Assembly: GCA_041746575.1 (NCBI GenBank)
Contig: JBGTGT010000123.1
Coordinates: 32,001-96,000, forward strand
DNA length: 64,000 nt
Reading direction: 5' to 3'
Source: Microcystaceae cyanobacterium
GTDB lineage: Bacteria > Cyanobacteriota > Cyanobacteriia > Cyanobacteriales > Microcystaceae
Of this stretch, positions 61,415 through 64,000 are shown piece by piece. A program made the translations under genes and the position numbers. Position 1 is the first letter of the stretch; every line of letters begins with the position of its first letter. Below the pieces are notes generated by a model. That model ran no database searches and was not told the DNA's origin. It saw only the letters and a list, made by a program, of their open reading frames with translations.

Positions 61415-64000
61415 TTATTTTAGGAGTTCTTTCTCGATAAATGCCTTATTTTCAGGTGTTTCTGATTGCTTTAGGTATTCAAGAGCCATGCGTCCAATTT
61501 GTTCATCGTCTCGATAGGCTTCTAATAAAGCGTCTAAGGTGAGATGAAATTGAAGCTGATCTCGTTGCTTGTTGGTAATGAGCAGTAAGATGGTCGTCCC
61601 CCCTAAAAGAGCGATTAAAGAAGGCATAACAGGCAACCACCACCCCTCTATAAAGGCAAGGTAGCATCCCCCCACCAGTCCCCCACTGATCCCTAAAGAA
61701 ACGATGAGAATCGCTTTAAGCGATTTAAATCGCCAACTGATGCTAGCACCGACGGCGGCCATCACTAAAATCCACAACCCTTCCCAGAAATCGGGCAAAA
61801 CCCGCAGTAAGGGTCGCCCATCTAAGGCAGCACTGAGCAGTTGGCTGGCAATATTAGCCTGAATAACGATTCCCGGCATCATTGCAGGGGAATTCAAGAA
61901 CGGACTGCTATAAGGGGTATAGAACAAGTCATTGATGCTTTCGGCGGTTGTTCCGATTAAAACTAAGCGATCGCGGAAATCATCGGGAGAAATGGGGTTA
62001 TTCAGAATTTCTCTTAAGGAAAAAGTTCTAAAATTAGGTTCTGTTCCTCGAAAATTAAGCAAAATCTGGTAACCGCCTGACTGGGTGCGTACATATCCCC
62101 CATCGTTCCCAGTGAACCGCTCAAAGTCGGCTTTTCCCAGACGCACCCGTTGTCCCTGTTGATCGAGAGATTCAAGCGTAATATTATGGACTTCAAGATA
62201 ATGCAAGGCTAACTTTACGGCAAAACTGTAGCGAATCTCGTCATCCGCGAGAATCATCGACAATAAGGCACGACGAACTTTTCCATCTCCATCGACCACT
62301 AGATCGGCAAAACCAATTTGTTGACGTTGATTAAGGTAGGGAGAAGGGGCAATTGTCATACCGATCGCTTTTTCGATGCCGAATAGATAGGGGGTCGATT
62401 GAAACAGTTGAACTAAATCACGATGACCGGGTTCGACGGGTAAATCTCGATAAAGATCGAGTCCAATGGCTTGAGGTTGGGCGGCTTTAATCCGGCTCAG
62501 GGCTTGAGCTAAGATACGGTCGGGGATCGGCCACTGTCCAACTTGAGCCAAGTCTGTCTCATCGATGGTTACAATTACAACTCGTTCGTCAGGGGGTTCT
62601 AGCGGTCGCCAACGTAGGAATCGATCAAATCCGTGCCATTCTAAGCCCTGTAGCAGTCCACTGAAGCGCAGGAGGAGAAGGGGGATAGTTACCCCTAGGG
62701 CTGTAAGGGGAATCCATTTGCACTCGGTTCTTCGTTTCAGAATGGTTTGTTTGGCGATCGCTCTAGCGGATGCTAGTAAGTGACTAGCTTGTTCGGTAAC
62801 ATCTAAGAGGTGCTGGGTTTGTTGTTTGGCGACATCTTGACTGGCTACTAAAAATTGATAATCTTCTTCGCTGAGGCATTTTCCTAATCCCCACGTTAAG
62901 GCTTTTTGCAATTCTACCCCTTGTAACAAATAGAGAGTATCCTGACGTTCAGACGCAGACCAAGCGGCGATCGCACTGGCATACGGTCGCAATTGCTCTA
63001 ATTGTTGTTCTAGCCAATTTTGGTCAAAAACCGCTTCATAAATGGGATTATGAATTTTGAGGTGTCCTTGCTTTTCGACCACTAACCCTGACATTCGTAA
63101 TTCCATCTGTTCAGCACTGCCGTCAGCAGGAATTTCGCCTTGTTGCCATATTTTTTGATAAAGTCCTAGTAATTGAACGGCTTTTTCTTCGTTTTTAAGA
63201 ATTCTGTCTCGGATCGTTTTTAAATGTTGGGGTTCGTCTTGAACAACCCAGTTTTTGACAATCTGATTGCGTACTATTTGTTCAATGGTGGGAAGTGTCG
63301 TAATGGGTGAAGTGGCATCAAAGAGAAGGGATTGGGATTTGACGACTAAATGACAGAGTTTTTGGGTAAGAAAGGGCTGTCCTCCTGTCCAGTCTAGAAT
63401 TTCTCGGATCACGGCTTCAGGATACTCTATCGTCCCTTTTAATCCTTCCATTAAGGGTTGGACTTCGGCAAAAGAAAAGCCAGATAGTTGAATAGCCTGA
63501 CCAATATTAAAGGGGGTTTGTTTTTTATCACGAATTAAGTCAGAGGGAGAGGCAACTCCTAACAGGGCAAAGGTCAAACGTTTGTAATCGGAATGGGTAT
63601 TCCGTCTCTCGTAACAATAGCGAATTAGTCTAAACAGGTCATCAAGGGAAAAGGATTGACTGAGAACATAATCAATTTCATCAATAAAAATAGCGATATT
63701 CTGCTTGATTTCAACTAAGAGAATTTCTTCGATAAATAAACTTAAACATTGTACGGGTGAAAACATTTCCCGCTGTTTCTTCCACCAGGTTCGCCATTCA
63801 AATTTCGAGATGAGTTGACCGCCATTGACTAGGGTATAAAAAATGCCAGCATACCACGTTTCGGGGGTTACATTCTGACTGCCGAGGCACGTTAGGTCAA
63901 TACAAACACAAATGATCCCTTCTGCTTCTAATCGCTTCATCGTTCGCACTCGCAAGCTGGATTTGCCCATTTGCCGCGAGTTGAGGACATAACAAAACTG
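61415..64000 (-). CDS. AAA_35-type ATPase fused to a CHASE2 sensor domain (5' end outside the window)
   Basis: Frame stays open to the window end (QFCYVLNSRQMGKSS); IFIDEID, TPFNIG, WTGGQPFLTQKLC; CHASE2 motifs (IDE, WP, IGLDLYRD, DGKVRR, LIGTTA) followed by three TM helices. Confidence 0.9.
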   Translation of the reverse strand, partial: QFCYVLNSRQMGKSSLRVRTMKRLEAEGIICVCIDLTCLGSQNVTPETWYAGIFYTLVNGGQLISKFEWRTWWKKQREMFSPVQCLSLFIEEILLVEIKQNIAIFIDEIDYVLSQSFSLDDLFRLIRYCYERRNTHSDYKRLTFALLGVASPSDLIRDKKQTPFNIGQAIQLSGFSFAEVQPLMEGLKGTIEYPEAVIREILDWTGGQPFLTQKLCHLVVKSQSLLFDATSPITTLPTIEQIVRNQIVKNWVVQDEPQHLKTIRDRILKNEEKAVQLLGLYQKIWQQGEIPADGSAEQMELRMSGLVVEKQGHLKIHNPIYEAVFDQNWLEQQLEQLRPYASAIAAWSASERQDTLYLLQGVELQKALTWGLGKCLSEEDYQFLVASQDVAKQQTQHLLDVTEQASHLLASARAIAKQTILKRRTECKWIPLTALGVTIPLLLLRFSGLLQGLEWHGFDRFLRWRPLEPPDERVVIVTIDETDLAQVGQWPIPDRILAQALSRIKAAQPQAIGLDLYRDLPVEPGHRDLVQLFQSTPYLFGIEKAIGMTIAPSPYLNQRQQIGFADLVVDGDGKVRRALLSMILADDEIRYSFAVKLALHYLEVHNITLESLDQQGQRVRLGKADFERFTGNDGGYVRTQSGGYQILLNFRGTEPNFRTFSLREILNNPISPDDFRDRLVLIGTTAESINDLFYTPYSSPFLNSPAMMPGIVIQANIASQLLSAALDGRPLLRVLPDFWEGLWILVMAAVGASISWRFKSLKAILIVSLGISGGLVGGCYLAFIEGWWLPVMPSLIALLGGTTILLLITNKQRDQLQFHLTLDALLEAYRDDEQIGRMALEYLKQSETPENKAFIEKELLK

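Overview
Chromosomal window from a cyanobacterium, probably a unicellular Chroococcales type. Support: frequent HIP1 GCGATCGC octamers and recognisable cyAbrB, pxcA, ccmS, ppc and norf4-like genes. Most of the window is housekeeping: pstC/pstS, trmB, cobT, hspA, corA, calA, tig, ppc, sufA, ilvC, recN and tRNA-Leu(CAA). Three accessory blocks stand out. (1) A general-stress cluster at 9.9-16.2 kb with a monofunctional heme catalase. (2) A compact DAHP synthase - aromatic amino acid ammonia-lyase (Tyr-His selectivity pair) - phenolic acid decarboxylase operon at 26.7-30.3 kb. It reads as a natural tyrosine -> p-coumarate -> 4-vinylphenol pathway and is the top finding. (3) A two-partner secretion/CHAT/DUF928/CHASE2 cluster at 50.7-64 kb with an embedded subtilase, a prodomain-like partner and a small Cys-tailed secreted protein. 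Items the ORF track misses or does not explain: a 31-aa Norf4-like microprotein, a YqaE/Pmp3 gene, a peptidase whose last codons lie inside the tRNA-Leu gene, a 200-bp MITE with TIRs and a 7-bp TSD, an orphan pcrA-like 3' fragment, a frameshifted FkbM methyltransferase and twin Pho-box promoters. All family assignments come from motif recognition by eye; no database searches were run.
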